Assembly (NCBI GenBank): GCA_002269645.1
Contig: NIVC01000696.1
Coordinates: 186,001-250,000 of the forward strand
From: Macrostomum lignano
Taxonomy: Eukaryota
Length of the DNA: 64,000 bases
Reading direction: 5' to 3'
Each line of letters opens with the position of its first letter. The stretch's first letter is position 1. This document shows positions 26,768 through 39,156 of the stretch, one piece after another. Under the pieces are notes generated by a model. The model had not been told where the DNA came from and searched no databases. It saw nothing but the letters and a program-made list of their open reading frames with translations. The translations under genes and the position numbers were made by a program.

Positions 26768-27019
26768 GTCCGCGGCAATCGCCAGGAACTGGCCACCGAG
26801 ATGCTGGCCACCTGGCGCCGGCTGCACACCCGCGCCAATGTCGAGGCGCTGAAGGAGGCCCTTGGCCGCATCGGCCGTCAGGACCTGAGCCAGAGAGTGG
26901 ATGCACACTTGGCTAGGCGGCTGCATGTGCAGGCCTCTCAGCAGCGGTCAATGCAGTCCATGACAACGGCCAGACAGCAGGACGCGGTGCGCACGTACAC
27001 CTCCCTGCCAGCTCTCTGA
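26768..27019 (+). CDS. Coiled-coil/death-domain protein, terminal exon
   Basis: catgtag|GTC; QELATEMLATWRRLHTRANVEALKEALGRIGRQDLSQRV fits the death-fold ML..W....A.V..L..AL..I.R.DL pattern. Total about 590 aa. Confidence 0.8.
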   Translation, partial: VRGNRQELATEMLATWRRLHTRANVEALKEALGRIGRQDLSQRVDAHLARRLHVQASQQRSMQSMTTARQQDAVRTYTSLPAL

Positions 27020-28466
27020 TCTGGTTTTGACTACAGAATAGCTACGAGTACATCAGAGCTTTTTGTTTTATTAACTTGGCATGGCCTTTTTGAGAAATTA
27101 TGCAGCTGTCTTCCAGATAGAAAAAATTAAATTACACCATGTTTACGAATTGCGTATTGCACTGTTAAAACATACACGACACAGTTTGTACAAAAGTTAG
27201 TAAGAGGACGAAGCACTTCAAAGCAATTACGCTAGTAGTAGCTGCATATTCAAAGGCCTTATTTCAATTTCTAAAGTATTTTCAGCATACTAATTTAACA
27301 GCTTTGCACTCAAAATGTAACACGGTAAAGTATCCCATGTGCTTAAGGAGATAAACTGTATTTTTGAGCGTTCATATGGGGGTGCGGAGAGGTGGGGCAA
27401 AGGCTTCACTTCCCTACCATAGACTATGTTTTGCTTTCTATGAATAAGATTCAGAATTTTCCGTGCAGTTAGTGACCGTAATCGAGTTTTGGTCATAGAC
27501 AGCTTGTTGTATAACTGTTGTTTGGGCTTCCTGTACCGCTCAATCAGCAGACAGCTGATAAATCTCTGAGTGGCATGAAATATTTAAAATCAAAACTTTC
27601 GACCGACCAACAAGATTGAAAAAGTACAATTGTCAACTTGAATTTATTCACTTTTGTAGGTTCCCTGATTAAAGAGCTTCACTGGATCTCTATATACGGA
27701 ATTTTATATTGTCACTCGCTATCACTGCCACAGTGCCACTATTGCCATTTTTCCAGCCGTCGACATACCACAGACTGATGTGCCGTTGGCTCTCCTTTAA
27801 TATGAAAAATTTGCACTTCACTTCAACCTTGCAGATGTTACTTATTTTGCTATTGTTATATCCTTATGAACTCGTACAGAAATATATAAATTCACTGTTC
27901 ACATTGCCTATTGTTGGTGATCAATAAATGTGTCTTCGCGAATATAATGTGAATTAAAGCTTTATTCATTTTTTATTAATTTTTAGCCTTAAACTAATAA
28001 ATGTTTTATTAAGACATGAAAGTCTAAATCCTTCTTCTCGCTATAAGTGAACTTTAACAAGTAAAAAAACCGCAATAAAAAGGAATGATTATGGTTTCAA
28101 AATTTTCACAAGATCGAATAATTAACAGTATAAGCTGTTGAACACACTTTCCAGTACAAAATATGTATAATTATATATTTAACTTTGAAATTGCTCCAAA
28201 CGGATGTTAAGCTGTGCAATAACAGCGTGTCGAATAGCGATGGTTGACAGAACAATTTAGACTACTACTACTACTACTACTACTAGTACTAGTAGTATAT
28301 GCAGGGACCCACGAGACTATTTAGAGCTAGAGTGCACTAACTGAACACAAAACAAGTTTAAGCGTGTATTTAAACAAATGCAATTATTATACACGCTCAA
28401 TTCTTGCTGCTCAATTCAATGCTAATTCACTCCTGGTCTGGTCCCCCCCCTCCCTTGCAAATTGTC

Positions 28467-28895
28467 TCAGTCATCAGATTTGATGTTCACGGCCTCGATA
28501 ACGCATCTGTAGGGATTGTCCTCGCCAGCTGGTTTGTTGCGGAAGCGTCTCTCGTAGGTGAGAATGCCCTGCACCTGCAGCCGGGCCCCAATCTTGGCCA
28601 GCGAATTGGCTTTATCAGCTTGCGGCCCGAACGATTTCACATTGTGCTGGAAGCTGATTGGCGTATTGAAATCCGGCTTGGTAACGCGGGTTCGCATGAT
28701 GAACAGACAGTGCTTCGGCCCGGCCGTCAGCAGCCGCTCGACTGTTCCGCGCAGCTCTACGGTGGCGGCGTCAGTTTTTGACGAAGTGTTGGCAGCCTCC
28801 GAGACGGCGGCGGCGGCGGTGGAGCAGCCGCGGCGAGGCGCGAGGCCGAAGGCGGACTTGGCGAACAGGGTGCGCAGAGATGCGATGGATGCCAT
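28467..28895 (-). CDS. Mitochondrial single-stranded DNA-binding protein-like (OB fold), intronless
   Basis: Arg/Ser/Ala-rich presequence, then VELRGTV, QHNVKSFGPQA, IGARLQVQGILTY and VIEAVNI, aligning to SSB V.L.G.V/WHRV..FG..A/KG..V.V.G.L/I.A..I. Confidence 0.7.
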   Translation of the reverse strand: MASIASLRTLFAKSAFGLAPRRGCSTAAAAVSEAANTSSKTDAATVELRGTVERLLTAGPKHCLFIMRTRVTKPDFNTPISFQHNVKSFGPQADKANSLAKIGARLQVQGILTYERRFRNKPAGEDNPYRCVIEAVNIKSDD

Positions 28896-28999
28896 GATGC
28901 CTATAGAGCATGCAGGTGAATGGCTATAATGACGGTTTCCTTGGCTATACCTGTATCAGCTGTACTTGCCATTCTAATGAGCAATTCATAAGATGGGAT

Positions 29000-30170
29000 A
29001 TCTGGGATTAGGCACGGGGCAGTTGGGATATCCGAAATGGGTCAAAAATGGTTGGGATAGCTGGAATGGGTCATAGATGGTTGGGATAGCTGGAATGGGT
29101 CATAGATGGTTGGGATAGCTGGAATGGGTCATAGATGGTTGGGATAGCTGGAATGGGTCATAGATGGTTGGGATAGCTGGAATGGGTCATAGATGGTTGG
29201 GATAGCTGGAATGGGTCATAGATGGTTGGGATATTTGGAATGGGTCATAGATGGTTGGGATATTTGGAATGGGTCATAGATGGTTGGGATATTTGGAATG
29301 GGTCATAGATGGTTAGATTATCTGGATTGGGTCATAGATGGTTAGATTATCTGGATTGGGTCATAGATGGTTGGGATTTCTGCATGGGTCATAGATGGTT
29401 AGATTATCTGGATTGGGTCATAGATGGTTAGATTATCTGGATTGGGTCATAGATGGTTGGGATTTCTGCATTGGTCAAGGAGTGGTTGGGATAGCTGGAA
29501 TGGGTCATAGATGGTTAGATTATCTGGATTGGGTCATAGATGGTTAGATTATCTGGATTGGGTCATAGATGGTTAGATTATCTGGATTGGGTCATAGATG
29601 GTTGGGATTTCTGCATGGGTCATAGATGGTTAGATTATCTGGATTGGGTCATAGATGGTTAGATTATCTGGATTGGGTCATAGATGGTTGGGATTTCTGC
29701 ATTGGTCAAGGAGTGGTTGGGATAGCTGGAATGGGTCATAGATGGTTAGATTATCTGGATTGGGTCATAGATGGTTAGATTATCTGGATTGGGTCATAGA
29801 TGGTTGGGATTTCTGCATTGGTCAAGGAGTGGTTGGGATAGCTGGAATGGGTCATAGATGGTTAGATTATCTGGATTGGGTCATAGATGGTTAGATTATC
29901 TGGATTGGGTCATAGATGGTTGGGATTTCTGCATTGGTCAAGGAGTGGTTGGGATAGCTGGAATGGGTCATAGATGGTTAGATTATCTGGATTGGGTCAT
30001 AGATGGTTAGATTATCTGGATTGGGTCATAGATGGTTAGATTATCTGGATTGGGTCATAGATGGTTAGATTATCTGGATTGGGTCATAGATGGTTAGATT
30101 ATCTGGATTGGGTCATAGATGGTTAGATTATCTGGATTGGGTCACAGATGGTTGGGATTTCTGCATGGGT
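29000..30170. repeat. 29-bp minisatellite (gggtcatagatggttgggatagctggaat), about 40 copies in variant blocks
   Basis: 29-bp period; variants tagctggaat, tatttggaat, agattatctggatt and tttctgca. Confidence 0.93.
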
Positions 30171-30715
30171 CAAGGAGTGATTGGGATATGGAATGGGACA
30201 TGAAGTGGCTAACTTCACGATGTGGGTCATAGAAATCTAGCCAAAAATCCTAGAATACATCACAGCCAAACCACAAAAAACGAACAATGGAGCTTTCCTA
30301 GCCAAAAAAGAATTGTTTAAACGCGCACCGTTTGTTGTCATTAAAGTTTCTTGTTTGCATTCAAAGTTGACTTAAAAAATGAAAATCAAATGCTAGTTAT
30401 TACGCCGGTACAACGAGAGACATACAGAAAGAGAGAGAACAAAGGTAGATCAGGGAGATTTCGACTTACATATATAGTATTTGGGCCTTACAATCAAATA
30501 CATAAGGGGAAATGGCAAAATTAAAAAAATAACAGACGCGAATAATGAATGAATGAGACTGATAGGCAGAATACTTGGACACGCAAGTTGAGAAGCTTGT
30601 TGAAACAACACTACTTATCGCGCATTTCTAATAAGTAGTATAAATATAACATGTACGAGTATAATAAATATATGCACATAGAAATTGCTCTTAATTTCTC
30701 TTATCCATGCGACAG

Positions 30716-30785
30716 TCACATGTTGGGATTCTTGAATCGGCTGGCCTGTTGTTTCACTTTCACTTCGTATTCTCGACGGTTTTGA
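30716..30785 (-). CDS. UBE2I: SUMO-conjugating enzyme UBC9, exon 2
   Basis: tatttcag|T CAA AAC...; QNRREYEVKVKQQASRFKNPNM* matches QNRVEYEKRVRAQAKKF. Confidence 0.9.
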
Positions 30786-31316
30786 CTGAAATACCAGGCA
30801 GTGTGGAATAAAATAAGGAGACAGGCGGGCAGTACGCGCTCTTTGGCTTGTTAATCTCTTGTACTTTAACATCAGCTGGTTTTTTATTCGCTTTAATTCT
30901 TGAAATCAAAATCTGAATTTCACTTAGCCAAAATTGGTTCAAAGATTTCAAGCACTTTAAAATTTAAAGTCTGCAGTTTGCATCTAGCCGTATTGACTGC
31001 AATAAATTTTCCTGTTTGTCAGACTTTCTGCATCTTAAACGGAAAGGCAGACAGGCAGACAAACACAGACAGAAAGACAGACAGACAAACAGACAGTCAT
31101 AGACAGACAGACACATAGACAGAAACACAAACAGGACAGGCACAGGCAGTCAATCACAAAGAGACGGACAGACAGCCAGAGATAGACATAGACAAGCAGA
31201 GTCAGAGACAGCCATAGAGACAGACGGAACAGCCTCCCTTCCCCACAGCAACTGCTGCACGCACAGGTGCCAACCCTAAAAACTCGCTGTTTTAACTAAG
31301 AATTAGCAAAACTCAC

Positions 31317-31765
31317 ATAAAGCAGGTGTAGGCATCAGCCTGAGCTGGGTCTTTAATATTTGGCGAGTCCAGCAGCTCCTGTATGCCCAGCAGGATCTGC
31401 TTGACCGTGACGGCGGCGCGCCAGTCCTTCTCTTCGTCAAGCAGTGAGAGGCACACAGTGCCAGACGGGTACACGTTCGGGTGGAATAGAGGCGGCTCGA
31501 ACTTGCACTTTGGCGGCGAGCTTGGATAATCCTCTTTGAAATACATGCGCAAGGTATACAGGCCCTCCTCCCAGATGGTGGACTTCTTGCCGGGAATCTT
31601 GCAGTCCCAAATCATCAAGTTCATCGTGCCGTCTGGATTAGTAGTCGGCTTGGCAACAAAGCCAAATGGATGATCCTTTCGCCAGGCTTTGCGCTCCTCG
31701 CTTAGCCGGGCCAGGGCTATGCCGGAGCACTCGTCACCTCCGCCAACTGCTCTGATTGTTGCCAT
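31317..31765 (-). CDS. UBE2I: SUMO-conjugating enzyme UBC9, exon 1
   Basis: [36 protein letters not shown] (catalytic Cys), DPAQ; donor AT|GTGAGT. Confidence 0.95.
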
Positions 31766-34700
31766 GGAGATGTCGCGCGGTACCAGGGACTGCCAACAGG
31801 AGCAGTGATGAATTGCTATTTTGACATGGTGAAACTTAGCTCTTGTTTACAAAAAAATCTGCTACCGAAGTAGGGAATGTCCATTGCAGAACATGATCTG
31901 ACTATGGACAAAGGTACCTAGGTAAGCAGATAACAGAAAAGATATCAAAGCATCCCTTATTTCGCTTATCATATGTAGGTGCACCAATACTACTAGAACT
32001 TTACATATGCAAGCTCAACTATCTATAATTGATATAAAGGCAACATCTTAAACATAAACAATGATTTTTCATCTAAGAATAGCCAAAAAAACTGTAAAAA
32101 TTACTTTTTTTTAATTACCCAATGATTATCATGAGAAATAGAAATAGAATTTTCTAATAAATAGAAATTTATAAGAAAAACTTTAAACTAAGATATAGTA
32201 GTCATATCTATAACTTTTTCAAGTTTTGGTATATAAAGCTACTTCTACTACTTTCATATAAATCCCCTCCACCCCCGTCTGGATCTGCCACTGAATGTGA
32301 TGGGCAAATAGTAACTACAGAGTGGAAGAATACAAATGAAAAATATGAAAATAACATATAATCAAAAATTTAATTCTTGAAAGTATAGAAAATACAGAAA
32401 AAATGCAAAAGAATGAGGTATCACACTTAAAAATTAGATAAGGAATAAAAAAGTAAGAAATTTTTAATGTGATATTATCTGCAAAAATTTCTGCAAAATA
32501 CATTTGGCCTAGAAGCCAATAAAAAAACAATTTTAATAGGCCTCAATATTTACTACAAAGTGTCTTAGAAAATTGCATTTCAAAAATACTACTGTTGTTA
32601 TATTATGCAAATATTAAAAATATTTCTTATGTTCCATATATTTTATATATTATATATATTCCTGTTTTGTTTTAAATGGTAGGAAAACTTTTACTATAAA
32701 AGGAAGCCAGTTGAGAGCCAGAAAAATAATAAAAATTGATCAGCTTGTTTTGAACTTGTTCTAGTTCAGTTTTTCAAAGCCTATTACTTCATGTGAGATG
32801 AAAGTAAAATCAGCCTCAGGGCTTGTATTTGCTTGTGTTACTTATTATGAGTAGTAGATAGCAACTTGGAATAGCCCCAAGATTGGGAGAGTTTAATCCA
32901 TTTTCAGAGAATGAGATATCCAGATTTAGAATATGAGAAATTGCCTTTAGAAGGCAGAAATCCTACCATAGGGTAGAGTAATCTAGACTCAGAATCTGAG
33001 AAACCTGCCTTAGGGCAGAATACCTAGCAAGTAAGCTGTGACCCTCTGATCCTGGGAATGCCCAGGACTGAAAGAATAAAATTTCTTAGAGGAGCATAGG
33101 GATAGGGTAGACAGTGCCATAAGATTGCTCAGGCCAAAAGTACAGTACAAATACATATGCTACCAGTAGATAAATATAGGCCTATTTACTACCAAAAGAT
33201 ATATATGCAACCAGAAGTACAAATATCTATAAAAGTACAGGTATTATAAAAACTATTAATCTAACTTTGGAAACTTAATGGAAAGATTATAATATAGAGA
33301 AGCAAGATGCCTGTTCAATAAAAATTTCAATTTCAATAAAAAAGTTTAGCCCTGTTACACAACAAAAATTTTTTGCAGGCCTAGGCCTTATTGGAATAAG
33401 TGGACAAAAGGTGTCTGACCATTTGTCTCAATTTCTAAATTTTCTAATATAGCATTGTGGCTACCTTCTGGTAAATAAACCAGATAACACCATAAGATAA
33501 TTTGCAAATCTTGTCAGATTCACTACCGATTTCCTTGTTTGAGGTGTGAAACTAGTGAAACCACCAGATTTGTCACTAGGTAACTTTAGAGTTATCTGGT
33601 TTGCCTGTTATCTAGTAAGTTATCTGAATTTCACCAGATAACATGGCCCAAATCTTGTTTAGAAATCAGATTACATGACAAGATTCACCACCAGATATTT
33701 TTTTCTTGTTTGACTGTTATCTGGTGAGTTATCTGAATTTTACAGGATAACAAAGTGAAAATCTTTTTTGAAAATCAGATAACAATTCAAGATTTGCCAC
33801 CAGATAATTCTCTGTTATCTTGGTTGATTGAATCTTTGTTTGAATCGGAATTTTACAAGGTAACATGGTGCGAATCTTGTTTGAAAAGCAGATAACAGTA
33901 CAAGATTTCAATCAAGATGCCTTAGTATTATCCGGTCTATAAGAACCCATTGTACTTTTCACCCAGAATTTTATGATCCGGGCCTGATTAATTAATTGAG
34001 TTCCAAGTGAAGGCCTAAATCAGAATTTTTGGCCCCAAATAGCCTTTTTTCTAGAAAATGTGACCTGCAAAAGTTTGGAAAAAGGAAAGCTGTTCCAGCT
34101 GCATTTTTCAAAATTTTTCACGTGGAACACTGCTAAATTCTGATTGTAGACCCAAATTTTAGGTTTTCCAAATGAAAATGTTCTGAATAAGATTTTGGGA
34201 GTTCAGTCGGAATTCCTCAGTGATCTAGACCAAGTGATCTAGCAAATCCACAGGGATCAGCTCCCATTGACCCGAATCTCGATGAAGTTACAGATAAGAC
34301 TAGTCTTCCTGTCTGTTGTGGCTCAAGGCAGCTGCTAAGAGTAGTCACTTTTATTTGACTATGTGGGTCAATCTTTAATCTGAGGGATAATAAAGCCTCA
34401 AAATTGCAAGGTGAATTGATCTGCTTTTTGGAGGCATTGTAGCGTCCATAATGTGAGGCTGTGCCCATCCTCCATACAGGTGACAATTGAAAAATTGTTG
34501 CACCCTGATTGTGTGCAAGAGGTTTGACTATCACTAGCATATAGTCTATCATAGCTGCTTAGTGTGTCAATGGGCTGAATGATTCTATTGTCATATTTGA
34601 CAATTAGAAACATGAGTCAGCCAACCATATTGTTTGGCATAGCTGGGTGTCTAAATGGAGACTGTGGCATAGTTCCAAATAGCTCTAACTGGCCTAATAG

Positions 34701-34807
34701 GCAAAGCAACTTTCTTATTAAGATAGATGCTAATCCAATTTTTGTTGGTGTATGCTCCAATGGTTTATCTAAAGTGTTTGCAGTTGCACTAGCCGTGAGC
34801 AGATCAA

Positions 34808-35097
34808 GTCAAGAGAGTAGTGTTGGTAATCTTGTCGAGGGTTAATAAATCCTCAAACAAGTCAAGAGAGTAGTTGTTATAGACTACAAGTGTTGGTAAT
34901 CTTGTTGAGGGTTAATAAATCCTTGAACAAGTCAAGAGAGTAGTCGTTACAGACTGCAAATGTTGGTAATCTTGTTGAGGGTTAATAAATCCTTAAACAA
35001 GTCAAGAGAGTAGTTGTTACAGACTACAAGTGTTGGTAATCTTGTTGAGGGTTAATAAATCCTCGAACAAGTCAAGAGAGTAGTTGTTACAGACTAT
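34808..35097. repeat. 70-bp tandem repeat, about 4 copies
   Basis: gtcaagagagtag recurs at 34861, 34931, 35001 and 35071. Confidence 0.9.
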
Positions 35098-35099
35098 GA

Positions 35100-36570
35100 G
35101 TATCAATAATTTTGTCAGCCACTTGTTTTTAGAGGATGTTTTTTGCGTTTTCTCCACTTTAGAAGCTGATTTTAGCATGTTTAGACATCCTTTAAGCTAT
35201 TAAAACAATAAAATTAACAACTGTTTTTTAAGCACTTTTTTCTATCTTTAAACTAGAGTGGGGCAAAAAAGAAGTAAAGGCTATAAGTTAAACTTATATT
35301 ATTTATATTAACTAGCAAACAGGTTAGCTGAAATATTTGTGATAAATTAACAGCTGAGATTGTCTGTAGAGAAGAGCATGGTAGACAAAAGGAATTGGCT
35401 AACTGAAAAGTACAAGGCTAAGTTGCAAACAAAAAGGATAAATCAGACATGTATTGTTTGACATGGCACTAATGCTTGTTGGAAGGGTATCCACGCTTTT
35501 TGGTGCCTGGCATTTTGGTGCCTGGCATTTCGGTGCCCAAATTATACATTAGAATTGGACACAAAAATATAGAAATTAAGCCCTAATGTAGTAATAAGTG
35601 CTTTGTCTTTTTAGTTCTTATTTACTTTGAAAAACTAAGGTCATTTTGTTAAGCTGACCTAGTGTTTTAATTAAAAAATGATTTTTGATTACTTGATTGT
35701 ATGTACTTGACCATGACGCTATAGCCACATCTCCGCCGCATCAAAATTTCAAAATAATGTCCCAAATGCGCTTGTAAAAAACCTTACAGATTTTGGTTCA
35801 AAAGTTATGCCCCAAAATATTTCAGTTCAGTAAATAATATTTGCTTCATTTCTTAGGCAGTTTTGTGAAAAGAAACATTTGTATGATTCAAAAAATCAAT
35901 ACTAACTAAAATACATGTATAGAATTGTCATATTTCATAATTTCCATCAAAGCTACATGTAGCATTGTTGATGGATTTCAAATTTACCAAACTAAGTCTT
36001 CATAGCACTAGCACGCTTGCTAAGTGCAGCCAGCTTATATTGCATATTTGCATGGTACGTCGTATAGCAAATGCATGCAGTTAAATTAGCCATTTTTTTC
36101 CAAATTTAAGAAATGCACCAGTTTAACAAAATTAACATGTACTATTTTTATTAGGAATATCAAATGTTTTGTAAAGTATTTATTATAGTTTTTATAGAAT
36201 TTCTTTTTTATTATCATCATTTTGGTGTCATAAACTAGGGCACCAAAAAGCATGGGCACCAAAATGCATGGAAACCATTGGAAGTGTCTATGGTCCAAAG
36301 GGATGAATTGGTTAGAGGGAAAGGAAGTCTAAGTAACTAGACTTATGTTTTTGCTAAGACCATTAACTATCAAGTCTTTAACACTATATTAGGAGGCTGC
36401 CCTTAAAATGTTAAGAATTTTTAGGAATTGCTAAAGATGGAAAAAGTGCTCAAAAAACAATGTTATTACTTTTACTGTTTTATAGCTTGAAGGATATCTA
36501 AACATGCTTCTAAAATAGAGAAAATGTGAGAAACATTGAAAAAATAGTTTAATAAACAATTTGAGAATAT
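35100..36570. mobile_element. Foldback-type element with long imperfect inverted arms
   Basis: 35140-35240 is the reverse complement of 36431-36535 (agcatgtttaga(c/t)atcc...agcacttttt). Inner inverted tttggtgcc arrays lie at about 35500 and 36240. No TSD identified. Confidence 0.55.
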
Positions 36571-36675
36571 TAATATTTTATCTATGATAGGCCTATTATA
36601 GGCCTTATACTCAAAAGTTAGAAATTTATAAGTTTTAAATTCTCACTAGTCTTTAATTTAGGCTTAACCTATATT

Positions 36676-36954
36676 CAGGGACAAATTTAGGGGAGGAGTG
36701 GGGGGAGATAGGGCTGCCCCCCTCAAATAGCTTGACAAAACATATAGCACCCCCCAAAAAAACCTAAATTTACACCCCTTAAACTTGATTTTTCACATCT
36801 AAATGCCTTTTTTGGGCCCTTAAGCTTGATTTTTTGCCCTTTACACACATTTTTTGGACCTTTTAGCTTAAAAATTGGCGCTTCTCATACTCCTTATTGA
36901 CACCCAAAACTTGGACTGCCCTCCCTCCAAAATGAAACTCTAGATCTGCCACTG
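36676..36954. mobile_element. Degenerate hAT-type MITE
   Basis: Right end ctagatctgccactg, left end cagggacaaatttag; 8-bp flanks cctatatt/cctatact. Confidence 0.55.
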
Positions 36955-37012
36955 CCTATACTATTAATAATTAAAAAAACAATTTTATAAAAATTAAAAT
37001 CAGAAGTATTAA

Positions 37013-37797
37013 GGCTCATTCCATATAAGCATGGTCGTAACATGACAGGTTATTTTTACTTATAAAATGAAATCTAATAATAGAATATACTAAACCAATA
37101 TTTTAAATGAAAGATTATTTTGTCTAGAATATATTTATAGAGTTTCATATAGATATCATCATTAGTATAGATGCTATTAAACCTTAAATGACACTTATGG
37201 TCGTAACGACAGGATTTTTGACATATAGAAACTAAAAGGTAAAAGTCTTATAACATTTTTCATTTTTGATATTTTGCAATACATTTTTAAAATTTGACTA
37301 AGAACATCTTTAGAAATCATACTCTTTTATTAGAATATATAAACTTAAAGGCAACAAAGATACAAAAGAAAAGGCAGCCTTATGGTCGTAACATTATGGT
37401 CGTAACATATTTTTTTCTGTCAATTCAGTAACTTTGAGGTACTAATACATTAAAAATATAATAGATTATTTGGTCACCAATGCTTTTATCTGATGATGCA
37501 AGTACTATACTTTTATCTATAGTTTGTTTCAACCTTCAAAAGCTTTCTATTTGTTTTTAAAAGGTACAAAATCTTAATGATGTCTTTTGCTTCGAAAAAT
37601 GTCCAAATTTTTACAAAAATGACTTTTTGCCAATTGATAACATACTAATCCAACATTTTACCATTCCTTTATTCTTAGATTGTATATATTGCACAATATA
37701 AACATTTGGTAAAAAAATAGGCTAATTAGGCAATGGCAAGCAAAAATATTGACTTTTTTCTATTTTCCAAATATGTCCATCTTATATGGAATGAGCC
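37013..37797. mobile_element. Non-autonomous DNA transposon with TTAA TSD (Kolobok/piggyBac-like)
   Basis: Perfect 17-bp TIR GGCTCATTCCATATAAG, TTAA on both sides, internal repeated ATGGTCGTAAC motif. Confidence 0.8.
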
Positions 37798-37919
37798 TTA
37801 AGAAGTTCACTTCCTTGCTCAAGCCAGTTCTAACTTTTAATTGCCTAATGGTCCTATTAAAAATATTTTGTAACATTAGGCCCTAATAGTATACTCAAAG
37901 ATGACAGTCATATAAATTT

Positions 37920-39156
37920 GGCAGTGCTTATCCCCACGGTACCATAGGAATAATTTCTGTCTTGTTCCAATGGTACCATGGGAATAATTTTCTATTTATC
38001 CGCATGGCACACTGACAAGATAGCTGGCCTATCTTTTACATGTGCTGTGGGATAATTTAGTTCAGCACTTACGATTTAAGTGCAGTATAGGCCTAACAAC
38101 ATAACTTTGCTTGACAATTTGTTTAATAGAAATAAAGATTTAATAGCTTTTTTAATACAAAAAAACGCAGCATTCTTTCATCTTACGATGCCCAAAATTG
38201 TATCTGTTTCGTCTTACAATGCCCATGTTAAATAAGCAAGAAGGGTTTAAAAATGTATACTTTACAATGGAAGAGAGCAGTGTTTCAGAGGTCTTAAATT
38301 CAGTCACACAGTTGGTTTGTACTTCTAACTATATTTCCACGGAAATGTCACGACTCACATACTTTAACATTGTGTCCACCCTCATTAGCAACTGAAGCTA
38401 TCGAGCCATTATAATCAGTTTTGTTTTATGATGCCTTATGAATAATTACAACGTCTGGGGCATTGCTAAACGAAATGGATATTATAGCAGCACTCTTGGA
38501 CTTGAACTTATACATTATATGAAGAGTCCTGAGAATTGATAAAGAAGAGGAGACAAAAGTGGTAAACCAATTTAAGGACCCAAAATAACCCCCCTCACTT
38601 TCGTTTTGCGATGCCTATAATGGACTGAATTACACCAAAGGCATCGTAAAACGAAACAGAATATATAACTTGCCTTTCATTAATGAACAACAATCTATCA
38701 AGTATACGAAATACAAAATATGTGTATAGCTATAAAACAAAAATTATACAGAAACTACACCATCACGCCTATGCCATATGCTTTCTATGGGCATCATAAA
38801 ATGAACAGGGGCCGTCCATTTGAAATGCATAGCAGGCATCATAAGAGAAAAGAATGCCAAAAACGCTGGTCATGGTGTTGATCCAGATCAACAGCTTCTT
38901 AGTATCCTCAATTTAAATTCCCTTTAAAAAGCTATAAACTATTCACGTACAGCATATATATGTAAAAGATATGGCAGCTATCTTGTCAGTATGCCGTGCG
39001 GATAAGCAGAAAATTATTACCACGGCATATGTAAAAGATGGGGCAGCTATCTTGTTAATGTTAGTGTGCTGTGTGGATAAGCAGAAAATTATTCCCACAG
39101 TACTGTTGGAATAAGACAGAAATTATTCCTACAGTACCGTGGGGATATGCACTGCC
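37920..39156. mobile_element. Foldback/MITE-like element with ~150-bp TIRs and nested inner inverted repeats
   Basis: ggcagtgcttatccccacggtac versus gtaccgtggggatatgcactgcc. Inner gcattctttcatcttacgatgcc (38170) versus ggcatcataagagaaaagaatgc (38835). Confidence 0.7.

Noticed and set aside
34217-34845. Short ORFs in the AT-rich desert
   Set aside because: No motif support; could be very old transposon debris but cannot be assigned.
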